From positions 5,766,001 through 5,830,000 of the forward strand of contig OZ024743.1 of assembly GCA_964016885.1 (NCBI GenBank): a DNA stretch of 64,000 bases, written 5' to 3'. A model generated the notes under the pieces. It was not told the DNA's origin. It was given only the letters and a program-made list of their open reading frames with translations, and did no database searches. Shown one piece after another: positions 26,672 to 39,183 of this stretch. This DNA comes from Eledone cirrhosa (lineage: Eukaryota). A program made the translations under genes and the position numbers. How positions within the stretch are numbered: the first letter of the stretch is position 1; each line of letters begins with the position of its first letter.

Positions 26672-27631
26672 TCATCATCATCAACGTTTAACGTCCGTGT
26701 TCCACGCTTGCATGGGTTTGGACGGGGGTTTTCCCACTTGAGGCAAGAGTGGTTGTCTTGCTCGCATAGGACTGTCTGGCAGGTTTTTACCGTGTTGCCT
26801 ACACGGCCACATTACAGCGTGGACTGTGTGTTTTTTTGTCGTGACACCTACACGATCTCATTTGTTTCGGCCTGGATGGTGTGGGGGTGGTGGGACGGGG
26901 GTGTATTTTGTTAGAGATGCCTACTGACTGTAGTAGGTTTTACTATGTATTTAGGTAAGGCGGGTCTTCTCTATTACTGAGTACCGCCAAAGGTCTCGGT
27001 CCAGTGACATTGTCTTGGAGAGGTGTAAGTGTGTGAGGTCAGAGTTTATCAGCTCGTCCCAGGTTTTTCTAGGTCTGCCTATTCCGTGGCTACCGTCTAT
27101 CTTTATTGCCCTGCACCTTGTTATACAGCTATCGTCTTTCATGCGCATCACGTGTCCATACCAACGTAGCCTTCTCTCGAGTAAACAACATCTGATCCCT
27201 CTTATTTCTAATTTTTTCCTTAGTTCGTTTATGCTTTGCCGTTCACGTATATTACTATTACACATCCAGCGGAGCATGCCAGCTTCGTTCCTCTCTAGTC
27301 TGCGTATATCCTCTGCACACAATGCCCAGGTCTCACTGCCATGCAACATTGCTGTTCGTATGCAGGCATCATACAGCCTGCCTTTCATTTTTAGGGAGAA
27401 CCCTTTAGCTGCTAATAGTGGTATAAGCTCTCTGAATTTTTTCCATCCAGTTCTGACTCTAGCTACTGTACTTTCAGAGCACCCTCCCCCACTGCTGATT
27501 TTGTCACCCAGGTAACGGAAGCTGTCCACTATTTCTATAGAGCCCTCTGCACAGTTGAAAGAGCTAGTATTTTGTGGGCACTTGCTGCTACTTATTGCAC
27601 CAGAGCACCGGCCACATGTAAAATCTATGTT

Positions 27632-27633
<2 letters not shown>
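26672..27633 (-). mobile_element. RTE family B 3' fragment
   Basis: ORF 26951-27529 is nearly identical to the C-terminus of ORF 49753-51327. Confidence 0.95.
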
Positions 27634-27685
<52 letters not shown>

Positions 27686-27746
27686 GAATATAAATATTAA
27701 TAAAATAGATGTTCTTTTGATCAATTACATTTTATTATACATATTT

Positions 27747-28503
27747 ATACGCAGACTAGAGAGGAACGAAGCTTGCATGCTCCGCTGGATGTGTAACAGT
27801 AATATACGTGAACGGCAAAGCATAAACGAACTAAGGAAAAAATTAGAGATAAGAGGGATCAGATGTTGTTTACTCGAGAGAAGGCTACGTTGGTATGGAC
27901 ACGTGATGCGCATGAAAGTCGATAGCTGTATAACAAAGTGCAGGGCAATAAAGATAGACGGTAGTCACGGAATAGGCAGACCTAGAAAAACCTGGGACGA
28001 GCTGATAAACTCCGACATCACACACTTACACCTCTCCAAGACAATGTCACTGGACCGAGACCTTTGGCGGTACTCAGTAACAGAGAAGACCCGCCTTACC
28101 TAAATATATAGTAAAACCTACTCCAGCCAGTAGGCATCTCTAACAAAATACACCCCGTCCCACCACCCCCACCCCCACCCGATCCACACCACCCCGTTCT
28201 ATGTAAAGTTATGTTGGTGCCGCGCCATCGAGGCCGAAACAAATGAGATCGTGTAGGTGTCACGACAAAAAAACACACAGTCCACGCTGTAATGTGGCCG
28301 TGTAGGCAACACGGTAAAAACCTCCCAGACCCACACTGTAAATGTGGTTGGTGTTAGGAAGGGCATCCAACTGTAGAAAACCTGCCAGACAGTCCTATGC
28401 GAGCAAGACAATCACTCTTGCCTCAAGTGGGACTACCCCCGTCCAAACCCATGCAAGCGTGGAACACGGACGTTAAACGTTGTTGATGATGATGATGATG
28501 ATG
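27747..28503 (+). mobile_element. RTE family B 3' fragment inserted into a hammerhead-bearing palindrome
   Basis: Encodes IRRLERNEACMLRW...KTRLT. The 3' UTR and (GAT)n tail nearly match 50971-51726. Confidence 0.95.
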
Positions 28504-29174
28504 ATTTGAGATGTACAACAGTACGTCCTCATCAGACAAAATATAATGATACATGACATACCTTGAGATGTTAAATGGTTAAGATTTAATCAAGGTAGTA
28601 CATCCGAAATATGTATAATAAAATGTAATTGATCAAAAGGACATCTATTTTATTAATATTTATATTCTAATATTAATAACTCCGGAAAATTGTTTTACCG
28701 TAGAGTGCTTCCAATCTACTGTAAAACTCATTCTTTGATATACTCATTGAATTTTGTTTAACTCTTCAATATATATATATATATGTACTATATACCAAGA
28801 CAGAAAGACATTGACACGCACATACTCATTCATCCTCACAAGCATATATACACACACACATAGACACACACCCACACACATCTATAGACACATTGTGATA
28901 AGATATACACTGACACAACACACATATTGATACAAACTATAAATGACTGTGATTTGATTGTAAAAATGAAAACTGTGGCCTTCATAACCCCAGCTGTTAA
29001 ATTGACCTTATTAGTCAATACCCATAAGCTCACTACAAGGAGCAATTGTATCACACTACACCGCACATTATATAACAAAGCTAGATAGGAAAATACTAGT
29101 AGAGAAAACATCCATATTATACAAAATTCCTCACAAAAATAGTCTGCTAAAATAAATACACAAACAGCATATTC

Positions 29175-30025
29175 ATATCATCATCATCCTCATTTTTGCA
29201 CCTGCTTTTTCATGCTGGCATGGGTTGGATGGATCCTTTTCTGCAAAGTCTTTTTCCACTTGTGTACTTCACACACAGATGTCCTTTCGTTTGTAGAGAG
29301 AAACATTTTGTTGTCAACAGAGAGAGTTGCTCTCTAAACTTCTTTTCTCCTATCCTTATTCTAGCTATTATGCTTTTAGAGCACCTTCTTCCCCTGCTAA
29401 TTAGATCACCTAAGTAGCAGTAGCTATCAACCACTTCTATGGATCCTTCATGTGATTGGAAAAGGTTTATATCACCAATGCTCTTACTTACCCATGTACA
29501 GCTATTACATACAAAGTATTCAGTTCCTGTTTGTCTGCCTGCTATCCTACTACACCTCTTGTGTACCATTGTGTACATAATATAGAGTTTCTGCATATCA
29601 AACAGAGCCTGATGGTATCAGGATCCTGTCTTCTTTCCTGCTTACCAACACTAGTTTTTTCTAAGTTTACTTGCAGCTCTTTTGATTGTAAATTCTGTTT
29701 CCACAGTTGGAACTTATTCTCAAGTTCTTCAGATTCAGTTATAAGGACCAAATCATCTGCATGAAGAAGTTTGCATGGACAACCAATATTAAGCCCTTCT
29801 GTTATGGCCTGGAGAACTATAAAGTAGTGGGCTGAGGGCTGAACCCTGATGAATTCCTACCTGTATCTTGAAATCCTCACTAAACTCACTTCCTACTCTC
29901 ACTTTTCTAACAACTACTCTCTACATGGCTTGCACTGCTCTGACAAGTCAATCTTCTACACCTAATTTCCTGAAGGACTATTAGTTAATAGATCAAGGTA
30001 CTCTGTCAAAGGCCTTTTCTAGATT
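29175..30025 (-). mobile_element. Old, degenerate RTE fragment
   Basis: VHKRCSRI...DSYCYLGDLIS...RIRIGEKKFRE; (GAT)n-like tail. Confidence 0.85.
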
Positions 30026-30566
30026 CCAGGCACAAAACTGAACTCCATCTTGTCTTATTTGGCTTTTTTCGTGGCATTATATATTTTTTAACACTTAATT
30101 ATTAATAACAATATACCGTATTTACTGGCCTATTGGACGCCCTTTCACATAAGATGGTCCCTCTTTTTTTTATTATATTTTACGTTATATTTTATTGTTT
30201 ATAGGCATCTTTATAGACCATGTCCAATATTTATGGTCTTTCACTCTTCACAGGTGCTCTAGGAATGTACCCCCCCCCCCGCGCAAATACTGGGGGAGGG
30301 GGCACAACTGTATTCTGTTTTTGTTTGTTGAAAGAGAAAATTTATTGTTTCAATGTTGATAGAAGTAGTTAATAAAAACAAAACAAAAAAAAAAACAACA
30401 AAGAGAAGAAAATGAGAGAAAGTGCTAGGATTGTTAAACAACAAAAGAAAGGAGGAAATGGTGAAGGTGACACACTCTACACCTACCTATTTCAAATGTA
30501 GATATCTAATGATATCTACATCATTTGTTTATCTATATTCATATTTCTTTTTACTGTTTCTACTAG

Positions 30567-30708
30567 ATGTTCCCCATTTGCAAACAAACAGTTGGCTTTC
30601 AGCGACACTTTTATAAAATAATAATGTCTTCATACAGTAGTTTTGTCCATAACAAAGCTTATGTTAATGGAGAATGGATATCTTCTAAAGATGGGAAAAT
30701 GTTTAAAG
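30567..30708 (+). CDS. ALDH5A1: SSADH first recognisable coding exon (putative mitochondrial presequence plus AYVNGEW)
   Basis: Polypyrimidine tract ending ctag|ATG. Reads MFPICKQTVGFQRHFYKIIMSSYSSFVHNKAYVNGEWISSKDGKMFK, ends G|gtaaat (phase 1) and joins in frame to 32746. Confidence 0.85.
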
Positions 30709-30980
30709 GTAAATTAATCCTACATATTATTTTTAAATTTACAATAGTATTTGTATTTTTTGCATTTTCAATGTTTACATCTGCATCCACATTAACTTGT
30801 TACTGTTTATATGTAGATTGGTATGATTACACTGTTGAACCTGTAGCAGATGAGGGTGATACTTTTTTTCCAAAATTTGACCCTCAAAATCACTGCGTCT
30901 TATAAGGCGAAGGTCAGGTTTGGGGTAATTACTGTATGTAAAATTCTATAATTAAAAAGTAGGAAATATTTAGACTTTTA

Positions 30981-31198
30981 AAATAGAAGTTTTTGCCGTA
31001 TTTCTGACTAAAGAAATTTTAGCCTGATAGTGGGGCTTAGAACCCTCTAAGGAATGGAAAAAGATGAGTATTGATGTACATGGGAGTTGAACCCACATCT
31101 TTAGTTATTCAGACCACTGTGCTACCATTACACTGGTTCTAAACCCCACTATCAGGCTAAAATTTCTTTAGTAAAAAATACAGCAAAAGCTTCTATTT
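30981..31198. repeat. 64-bp inverted repeats enclosing a minus-strand tRNA-like head
   Basis: 30981-31044 is the imperfect reverse complement of 31135-31198. The loop on the minus strand reads AGTGTAATGGTAGCAC...GGGTTCAACTCCC. Confidence 0.8.
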
Positions 31199-31199
31199 C

Positions 31200-31970
31200 T
31201 ATTTTCAAGCTCACTCGCTGTTTCAAAACAAGCTTGCTCATTTAGACTTTTGTTTAAATTTTCGAAAGTATACCTACTTTTTAAGAAAAAATACTTAAGA
31301 AGAACAGAGTCTTATTATTTTTATCATGCATTTTTCTTGTTTGGGACCAATTTTCTGCACATATGGCTGAGAATACAGTAAGGAGGATAAAGAACACTGA
31401 AATAACTGTTATACCTGGTGGACTGACTTCTCTGTTACAACCCCTTGATGGTTCACTAAACAAGCCTTTTAAGGCACACATGAGAGAAGAATGGGATAAT
31501 TGGATGAAGAATCTACAACATGAACTGTCACCAACAGGACAAATGAAGAAGCCTACATTTTCCCAGGTAACCCAGTAGGTGAAAAACTCGTGGGGTGCTC
31601 TTAAAACTGAGACAGTTATAAAAGCTTTCAAAAAATGTGGCATCAGCAACACCCTAGATGACAAAGATAATTTTCTGTATAATGATAGCGACACAAGTGA
31701 TTCTGAAAACAGTGATGACCCCGAAGAATGCAAGGAAGATGATGAATTTCAGGAACTAGATGAGGGTGACAGCCAGGAAATCAATGAGGGTGAAGCCAGG
31801 AAATCAATGAGGATGACAGTACTCGTGATATTATAAGATTTGAAAGTGATTAAAATGTTAATAGCATTGATAGTGTTAATTCCCTTTAATTTTATTTTTC
31901 CTGGATATTCATGTTAAATTTAGAGTGCGTTCTATATTCCGGTGCATCTTATATTCCAAAAAATACGATA
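31200..31970 (+). mobile_element. pogo-family (DDE_1) transposase relic with right TIR
   Basis: VIPGGLTSLLQPLDGSLNKPFKAHMREEW, KAFKKCGIS and an acidic tail. TIR-like GCATCTTATATTCCAAAAAATACGATA. Confidence 0.85.
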
Positions 31971-31974
31971 TTTT

Positions 31975-32615
31975 CAGTGTCTTAGTAACCATACCTGACA
32001 GCCAGTTGCTTTCCTTCCCATCATATCTTTAATTGCTGCTATCAACTTGGCTGCTCTTTCTGTTAGGTTTACTTGGAGTAGGCCATGTCTGTCCCATGCA
32101 GTTTCCTTAGTCAACAATTCCTTAAAATGTCATCTCCATGCCTCATATTTTTCAGCATGAGTGAAGGCAAATATGCTACTATCATGCTGAATGTGCTTCT
32201 CCCTAATGATGTCTTGATTTTCTTCAGCACACTGTCTTGCAATCTTGAACTCCTCACACCTCATAAGACATTTACAAACATTTTACTTTCTGTTTCACCC
32301 TTAGCTAAGTATATCTGATGCCTAGTTTTTCTTCTAACTACTTGGTACTGCTCTCTGCTTCACCCATTCTTCAAGTTTTATGGTTCTATCTACACTACTA
32401 TTTCACTACCTTGTCACTTTTGTCTTGCTGGTTGTTTTCTAGAAGCCCCAATGCCCTCCTATAATAAGCTTTTTTCTCTTTTTTCTGTTATAAGTGTCAA
32501 GTAAGATTTTTCTAAATTTGTCATTGGCTGAGGTCTTTTTCAGTATCTATCTTCTTCTCTAAATTGTCTCTGAGCCTATCTAGCTTTCACTCTGAAATCA
32601 CTAATTACTAATTTG
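31975..32615 (-). mobile_element. Old RTE fragment
   Basis: Diverged homology to 6300-6930 (GCAATCTTGAA, TTAGCTAAGTAT). Confidence 0.7.
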
Positions 32616-32745
32616 TGCATTGAAAAATATGATGTAGTTGAGTAAGCTGGGGAGTTCTCCATTGTTAGGTACCTTAAGTGTAACCCTAATTATATATGTT
32701 TAAATTTCAATTTTTGTTGTCAATAAATATATTTTTTTTATGTAG

Positions 32746-32867
32746 TGACCAATCCTGCAAATGGAAATTGTATTGGAGAAGTCCCTGACATTGGACCTGA
32801 ACAGACTAAAGTAGCCATTGATGCTGCTTATAAAGCATTCTATACATGGAAGAAAACAACTGCTCGT
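32746..32867 (+). CDS. ALDH5A1: SSADH coding exon (VTNPANGNCIGEVPD...AFYTWKKTTAR)
   Basis: tgtag| acceptor and |gtaaga donor. Matches the ALDH N-terminal VxNPAxG motif. Confidence 0.95.
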
Positions 32868-33176
32868 GTAAGACTGTTTTCTCTTTATATAGATAAGGAA
32901 TTTATATCAGTCTATTTACTTTGCAAAATCAGCTTTTAAAAAATGTTAAGGACAAATGAGGCCCTGTGCTAGTTAAGTTATGAGGGCCCTTAACTTGGGC
33001 CCTGAAGGAGGTAAACAATTTTTTTGGCTGGTTTAAATGCTAAAGGGTTAAGACTAAAACCTTTAATGTTTAATGTGATGCAGTCATAGTACTGTTTTGT
33101 ACTTTTCAAGAATTTCATGCTATTGTGGTTTCATGTCAACCTTTCTGTTAGCCACTTTGTTTTTTAAATTGAACAG

Positions 33177-33260
33177 GAAAGAAGCAAAATCTTGAAGAAA
33201 TGGTTTCAGTTGATGGAAGATAATAAATCTGCACTTGCTGAACTTCTGACATTAGAACAG
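33177..33260 (+). CDS. ALDH5A1: SSADH coding exon (ERSKILKKWFQLMEDNKSALAELLTLEQ)
   Basis: aacag| acceptor and |gtgagt donor; 84 bp, phase 0-0. Resembles SSADH ERSxLLRKW...LAxIITxE. Confidence 0.95.
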
Positions 33261-33889
33261 GTGAGTTATCTGCTATCTGTCTACTCCATATTTTGGTATA
33301 TATATATATTTATAATTTTCTATCTATTTGAATTATTTCACTTAGCTCAATTTGTGTAACCCTTTTGATACCAAACTGCCTGAAACTGACTCTGGCACTA
33401 TGGTACAGATTTATATTTTTAAATGTTTTTGTTTATCTAAAATTATTCCATCAGAATTTTTTGTCAGATCCATTAAGTTATGTTTCAAACTCTAGCCTAA
33501 TAATGTGAAAGGTAATTAGTTATATTATTATATCTCTTGATTATTTTTGAAATTATTTGAAACATAGGCAATATCTTTTAGTGCAAATTACTGCTAGCAA
33601 CAAATCTTTATAACCATTTTTCTATATGTAAGAGCTACTAACTATTGATTAAGGAAGTTGGTGCTTATTCTGCTATGGTGATTAGGCTCTAAAACTGAAA
33701 CATGACTGTTGCTAATAACAAAGACCAGATTTTATTTTAAGCACGAGAATTAAATGCATAAAAACTAATTTTTAATTTCATGAAATTACCTCCCCATTGT
33801 GAGTTGCTAACGATTGATGGTAGGTTTTTGTTTCCTTTCCTTTTACTAGAGAGAAACTTTAATTCATTTAGAATTTTAGTATATGTATT

Positions 33890-34522
33890 TAGCTAAAGCT
33901 GTATATAGCTATGTTGTGGCCACACTTAGAATTTGCATCACCAGTCTGGAACCCCTATCTTGCTCAGAACATTGACCGCCTGGAAACTGTTCAGAGACGT
34001 GCAACCAAGCGAATACCTTCCATTAGGCATCTACCATTCTCTGAACACCTTGCTTCTCTGGGCATGGATACATTGAAGCTCTGACGCCTGGCAACTGACT
34101 TGGTAAACACCCACAAAATTATTAACCATCTTGCCAACAACAACCCTGAGTATCTTTTTGATTTCCATGTGTCTAACACATGTGGGCATGCCAACAAAGT
34201 GAGAAAACAGCACAACTCCCATGACTTTCGGAAAGACTTTTTCACGCTCAGAGTTGCTGAAGCATGGAACAGAGTTGCTGAAGCATGGAACAAACTACTT
34301 GCATCAGTTATTAGCTGTCGAGACACTGCATCCTTTAAAACCTCCATGCTTCCTGAAATTCGCCAACACTACACCTAATATTCCCCTCCATACACACGCA
34401 TACCATGACTCATACACTATTCACTTCCCTGACATTTGTATATTGTTCTATGTACTATACATGCACCTTTGATGAGTTGTAGTGTACCTGAGCACTGTAC
34501 ACAATAATTTCATTATTATTAT
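33890..34522 (+). mobile_element. CR1 LINE 3' fragment
   Basis: Homologous to 37070-37640, with an internal duplication of AGAGTTGCTGAAGCATGGAAC; (ATT)n tail. Confidence 0.92.
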
Positions 34523-34918
34523 AGTACCGCAGACCTGCTTATCTTAAGCTATGTAGGAGTTATTTCCCTTAGCTCAAATTTGATTACTATTACGCAAGTT
34601 ACTGTTGGATAAAACATCTTCATAAACCCCTTTCCTATCTGTAAAAACTGCTGTCTTTGCATCTAGCAGATTCATAATGACTGCACTGATGATCCCAATA
34701 AGACCAACATATGTCACTTAGCACCATTCCCGTTAATAAAGATAAGATTTGTTCTTAAGTATGCAAATTAAATTATTTAATTCCATAGAACCAAAGCCAG
34801 TTTTGGGTATCAATTTTGAGGGATTTACTAAAATTATTAATTATTTCATGGCTGAGATTGTAACATGATTCTTAAATAAATTTTTTTTTTTTTTTATTGT
34901 TCTATGATATATATATTA

Positions 34919-35071
34919 TTATATTTGTTTGTAAGCATTGTATTATCATATCTCTTTTTATACAACAGTGAATAAAACATATCATCATCAGACATTAAAC
35001 GATGATGATACGTTTTATTCACTGTTGTATAAAAAGAGATATAATAATACAATGCTTACAAATAAATATAA
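34919..35071. repeat. Near-perfect ~71-bp-arm palindrome (intronic hairpin)
   Basis: 34919-34989 is the reverse complement of 35001-35071, with an 11-nt loop and few mismatches. Confidence 0.9.
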
Positions 35072-35189
35072 TATAAAGGAAAGGGAAAGGAAAAACAGAA
35101 AAAAAAGTTTGTTGGAAGATTTTAATTTAAATAGGAACTTTTTAAAATGGATGCTTTTTTTTTGTAGAATCAGAGCAGGTTTTAGTCTG

Positions 35190-38100
35190 GTTGCTATAAT
35201 ATGGGTTGAACTGGTGCAGGATGGTGTTGTAACACAATGACTGATGCTACAATAGAGAGACACACTAAGGAAAAAGAGAGACACACTAAGCAAAGACATC
35301 AAATTGTTGGATCAGGTTATGAAAATTACAGAAAGAGTGATAGGAAAGTTAATGAAATATAGAATTAATGTTGAAGAGATCTAATTTGGCTTTATGCCAA
35401 GAAGAAGCACTATTGATGCTATATTTTTAGTGATATAAATACAAAAGTACTTAGCCAAGAATAAGCCCCTATAATTAGCATTTGTTGATCTGGAAGTGGC
35501 TATTGATAGAAACCCGTGCTCTATAATCTGATGGGTGCTCAGAAAAGTAGAGATAGATGAATGCTGTGTGAGAACTGTACAAATCATGTACATGGTTGCA
35601 GTCAGCAAGGTGGGGGCTAATAATGAATACAGTGTTGAATTTAGCATGTGGGTAGGTGTTCACCAAAGCACAGTTCTCAGCTCCCTCCTGCTTATTATAA
35701 TCCTTCAGACATTAATAGGAAGAGGCAAAATAGATCGTCCAACCACCTCAAACAGGTGACAAAAAAGGCAGTGCTTCAATTTGAGCAGCGCATAGCAACC
35801 AACCCTGACAGTAAGGTGTTCTGGAAGTATGTTCACTCAAAGCAGAGGCCTCACTCTCCAGTTGGTCCTCTTCGCAATCCCCACACAAGCCAGGTTACTG
35901 ACGACCCCAAGGAATGCGCAGAGCTCATTGCTGAATGCTATGCAGGCATTTTCACTATTGAAGACCAGAGTGTGCCATCTCCACCACCTATGACACCGGA
36001 CTCTATTACAACCATGGAATTTACACCTGCAATGCTGCGACGTCACCTAAAAAATAAACGCAACCATGCCTCTCCTGGTCTTGATGGTGTTACGTACCTG
36101 CTTCTTAAACATGGTGGGTACTTCCTTCTACACCAGCTATCACGCTTCTTCCAATTCTGTCTGAACAACAGTGCTACTCCAGAACAGTGGAAAACTGCTA
36201 GTGTCATTTCTCTGTTCAAAAAGGGTGACCGCACATCACCTGTGAACTATTGTCCAGTCAGTCTTACTAGTTGCATCGCCAAACTGATGGAATCCTGTGT
36301 CAGGGAAACACTTTGGAACTTCTGGAGCTCTCAGTCTTATCCGGCCCTCGCAATTTGGATTTATCCCCAACTCCAGCTGCTGTGATCAACTTATAGAGTT
36401 TCTTGAGGACATCACCCGGATCACTGATGGCGGCTCATGGGTGGATGTTGTTTACCTTACTTTGCGAAGGCCTTCAATTCTGTGCCACACAAAAGGCTTA
36501 TGGCAAAACTCTCTGCAATGGGTGTGAAGGATGATCTTTTTAACTGGTTGAAGTCCTTCATTCTCAGTCGAAGAGAGGTAGTCACGGTTCTGGGACAGCA
36601 TTCCTCACCATATGAGATGTCTGGTGTACCACAGGGATCTGTTCTTGGCCCCCTTTTGTTTGTGGCATATATTAATGACATAGATGCCAACTTAAGGAAT
36701 GCGGCAGTACTAAAGTACGCAGACGACATCAAGCTGTACCTTGAGATAAAAAGGACAGATCCTGAACACTATAGATCTTGCTTGCAGTCTGACCTGGATA
36801 CAATGCAACAATGGATCTCAGACTGGCAACTTAAGCTGGCTGTGGGCAAGTGCACCACCATGCATTTTGGGAGTAAAAACCCAGCGTCCACATACTCCCT
36901 CCACAGCACTAATATCAAGAAGTCTTCCTGTGAACGTGACCTGGGCATTACGGTCAGCAGCGATTTGCGTTGGATGAGGCACGTCTCTAAAATTGTCAAG
37001 AAGGCCGAGGGTGTCTTAGCATCACTCAGCAAGACCTTTGTCAGCCGCTCTCCAGATATCTATTTAAGGCTGTATACAGCTATGGTGCGACCACACTTAG
37101 AATTTGCATCACCAGTCTGGAACCCCTATCTTGCTCAGGACATTGACCGCCTGGAAACTGTTCAGAGACGTGCAACCAAGCGAATACCCTCCATCAGGCA
37201 TCTACCATACTCTGAGCGCCTTGCTTCCCTGGGCATGGATTCATTGAAGCTCCGACGCCTGGCAACTGACTTGGTAAACACCCGCAAAATTGTTAACCAT
37301 GTTGCCAACAACAACCCTGAGTACCTTTTTGATTTCCATGTGTCTAACACACGTGGACATGCCCACAAAGTAAGAAAACAGCACAGTTCCCATGACTTTC
37401 AGAAACATTTTTTCATGCTCAGAGTTGCTGAAGCATGGAACAAACTACCTGCATCAGTTGTTAGCTGTCAAGACACTGCATCCTTTAAAGCCTCCATGCT
37501 TCCCGAGATCCGCCAACACTACAGCTAACACATACACACATGTACTTCCCTGACATTTGTGTATTATTCTATGTACTATATTGACGAGTTGTAGTGCACC
37601 TGAGCATTTTACACAATAATTTCATTATTATATTATTATAAGAGGAATTCAAGACAGGATGTCCATGAGAACTCTTTTTTGCTGATGATCTGTAGAACTA
37701 GAGCAGAAATTGCAGACATGGAAACAAAATCTGGAATCAAAGGGTCTCAAACTAAACTTATGAAAGAGTAAATATTTAATAAGAAGGATAAGTCTCCAAT
37801 ACCATCAGGTAAATGGCCATGCTTAATATGCCAAAAGGGAATGAGTAGAAACCCAACATGATGCATCTAGTGTGGACAGCAGAGGCACAAGAAAGATAGT
37901 AAGATCACAGGTAGACTGATAGAGAAGGTAGACTTTATATATGATAAATGTACAGCAGTAGTCAACAGTAAAGGTACTCAGGAAATTAACTCCTTCATGC
38001 TCAGAAGGCTCACTGGAAATAATAGATATAACTTTTGCTATTTAGGAGACCTCATTAGCAGTGGAGGTGGATGTGCTGAAAGTATTGTAGCCAGAATGAG

Positions 38101-38190
38101 AACAGGGTGGAAGAAATTCAGAGAGTTGTTACCTCAGCTAACAACAAAAGTCTTCTTTCTGAGTGAAGGGCAGATTAAATGATGCTTCTG
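35190..38190 (+). mobile_element. Old RTE relic (35190-35715 and 37641-38190) split by a CR1 insertion
   Basis: VGVHQSTVLSS..IILQT ends at ~35715 and resumes as EEFKTGCP at 37641; FCYLGDLISSGGGCAES follows. Confidence 0.8.
35716..37640 (+). mobile_element. CR1 LINE, 5'-truncated
   Basis: ORFs 35648-36385 and 36437-37528: SPGLDG, NYCPVSLTS, FAKAFNSV, GVPQGSVLGP, YADD, ERDLG, VRPHLEF; (ATT)n tail. Confidence 0.96.
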
Positions 38191-38195
38191 TTTAA

Positions 38196-38413
38196 CGCAT
38201 TAGCATTTACATTATTCTATATTTACTATTGTATTTTCACAGTAAAGGCTTTATCTTACATAATTATTTCACATAATATTGAATCTACGAGATTTTGATA
38301 TTTATTTTGAGAACAATACCTTAATGTAGGTATAAGCGGCCAGTTGCAGCCAGTTTGAGCAGAAAGAGGTGAGAGAGTTTTGGTTGGATATGGCTGGTTT
38401 AAATGCTTAAAGG
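38196..38413 (+). mobile_element. piggyBac-type MITE
   Basis: TTAA-flanked and homologous over its length to 15290-15510. Confidence 0.8.
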
Positions 38414-38480
38414 TTAAACTACTAAAAATTGTAAATAAACTTCCTTATCTTAGATATTTTGATTTATTTTAATTTGCCAG

Positions 38481-38651
38481 GGAAAGGCTTTGTCAGATGC
38501 TGTTAATGAAGTCACATATGGAGCAAGTTTCTTTGAGTGGTTTGCTGAAGAGGCAAAGCGTGTGTATGGAGACATAGCTCCACCCACAGCTAATGATCGA
38601 AGGATCCTTTTAATGAGAGAGCCAATTGGTGTGGCAGGACTCATTACACCA
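38481..38651 (+). CDS. ALDH5A1: SSADH coding exon (GKALSDAVNEV...FEWFAEEAKRVYGD...EPIGVAGLITP)
   Basis: gccag| acceptor and |gtaagt donor; 171 bp, phase 0-0. EWFAEEAKRVYGD is diagnostic of SSADH. Confidence 0.97.
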
Positions 38652-39066
38652 GTAAGTTATTTTTGAGTTGTCTTATTATTTATTTAGACACTACACTTTA
38701 TGTGTATTTTTTATAACTTTGCTGACTCTATAACAATGCAATTGTTTTTGTCCTAACTAATGATTTAAAATTAGATCAATTGCTAAACATTTAAACTTAA
38801 GAATAAAATAGAAATAATTATCTTTATAATCATGAATTGACTATAAAACAGCACATTTAGTGATATACAATGCTGTGTAGTCATCACAAAGACTCTTATG
38901 GTTCTCTGTTGTTGGTGAATTTTAACTGGTCTTATAACATAATTGTTTCATATATAACTTGACCCATTGTTCAAATATCAACAAACTATATGCAGAAAAA
39001 ATGCAAATGAAAGTCTCCTTGTAAGAATCACAATTTTGCTATTCTTTTATTTTTTTATTTTTCTAG

Positions 39067-39183
39067 TGGAATTTTCCAATTGCAATGATTACACGAAAAT
39101 TAGGTGCACTGCTAGCTGTTGGTTGCACTGCAGTAATAAAACCTGCTGAAGATACACCTCTGTCTGCTCTTGCTCTTTGTCAG
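39067..39183 (+). CDS. ALDH5A1: SSADH coding exon ([39 protein letters not shown])
   Basis: tctag| acceptor and |gtaaga donor; 117 bp, phase 0-0. Contains the PWNFP and KPAEDTP motifs. Confidence 0.97.

Noticed and set aside
30195-30310. Minus-strand GTGAAGA-gt-GAAA-GACCAT..ATGGTC-TA hammerhead-like string, and a C/G hairpin plus CTAG Helitron-like end
   Set aside because: The core lacks C3 and stem II, and stem I is poor. The CTAG is not followed by T and no 5' end was found.
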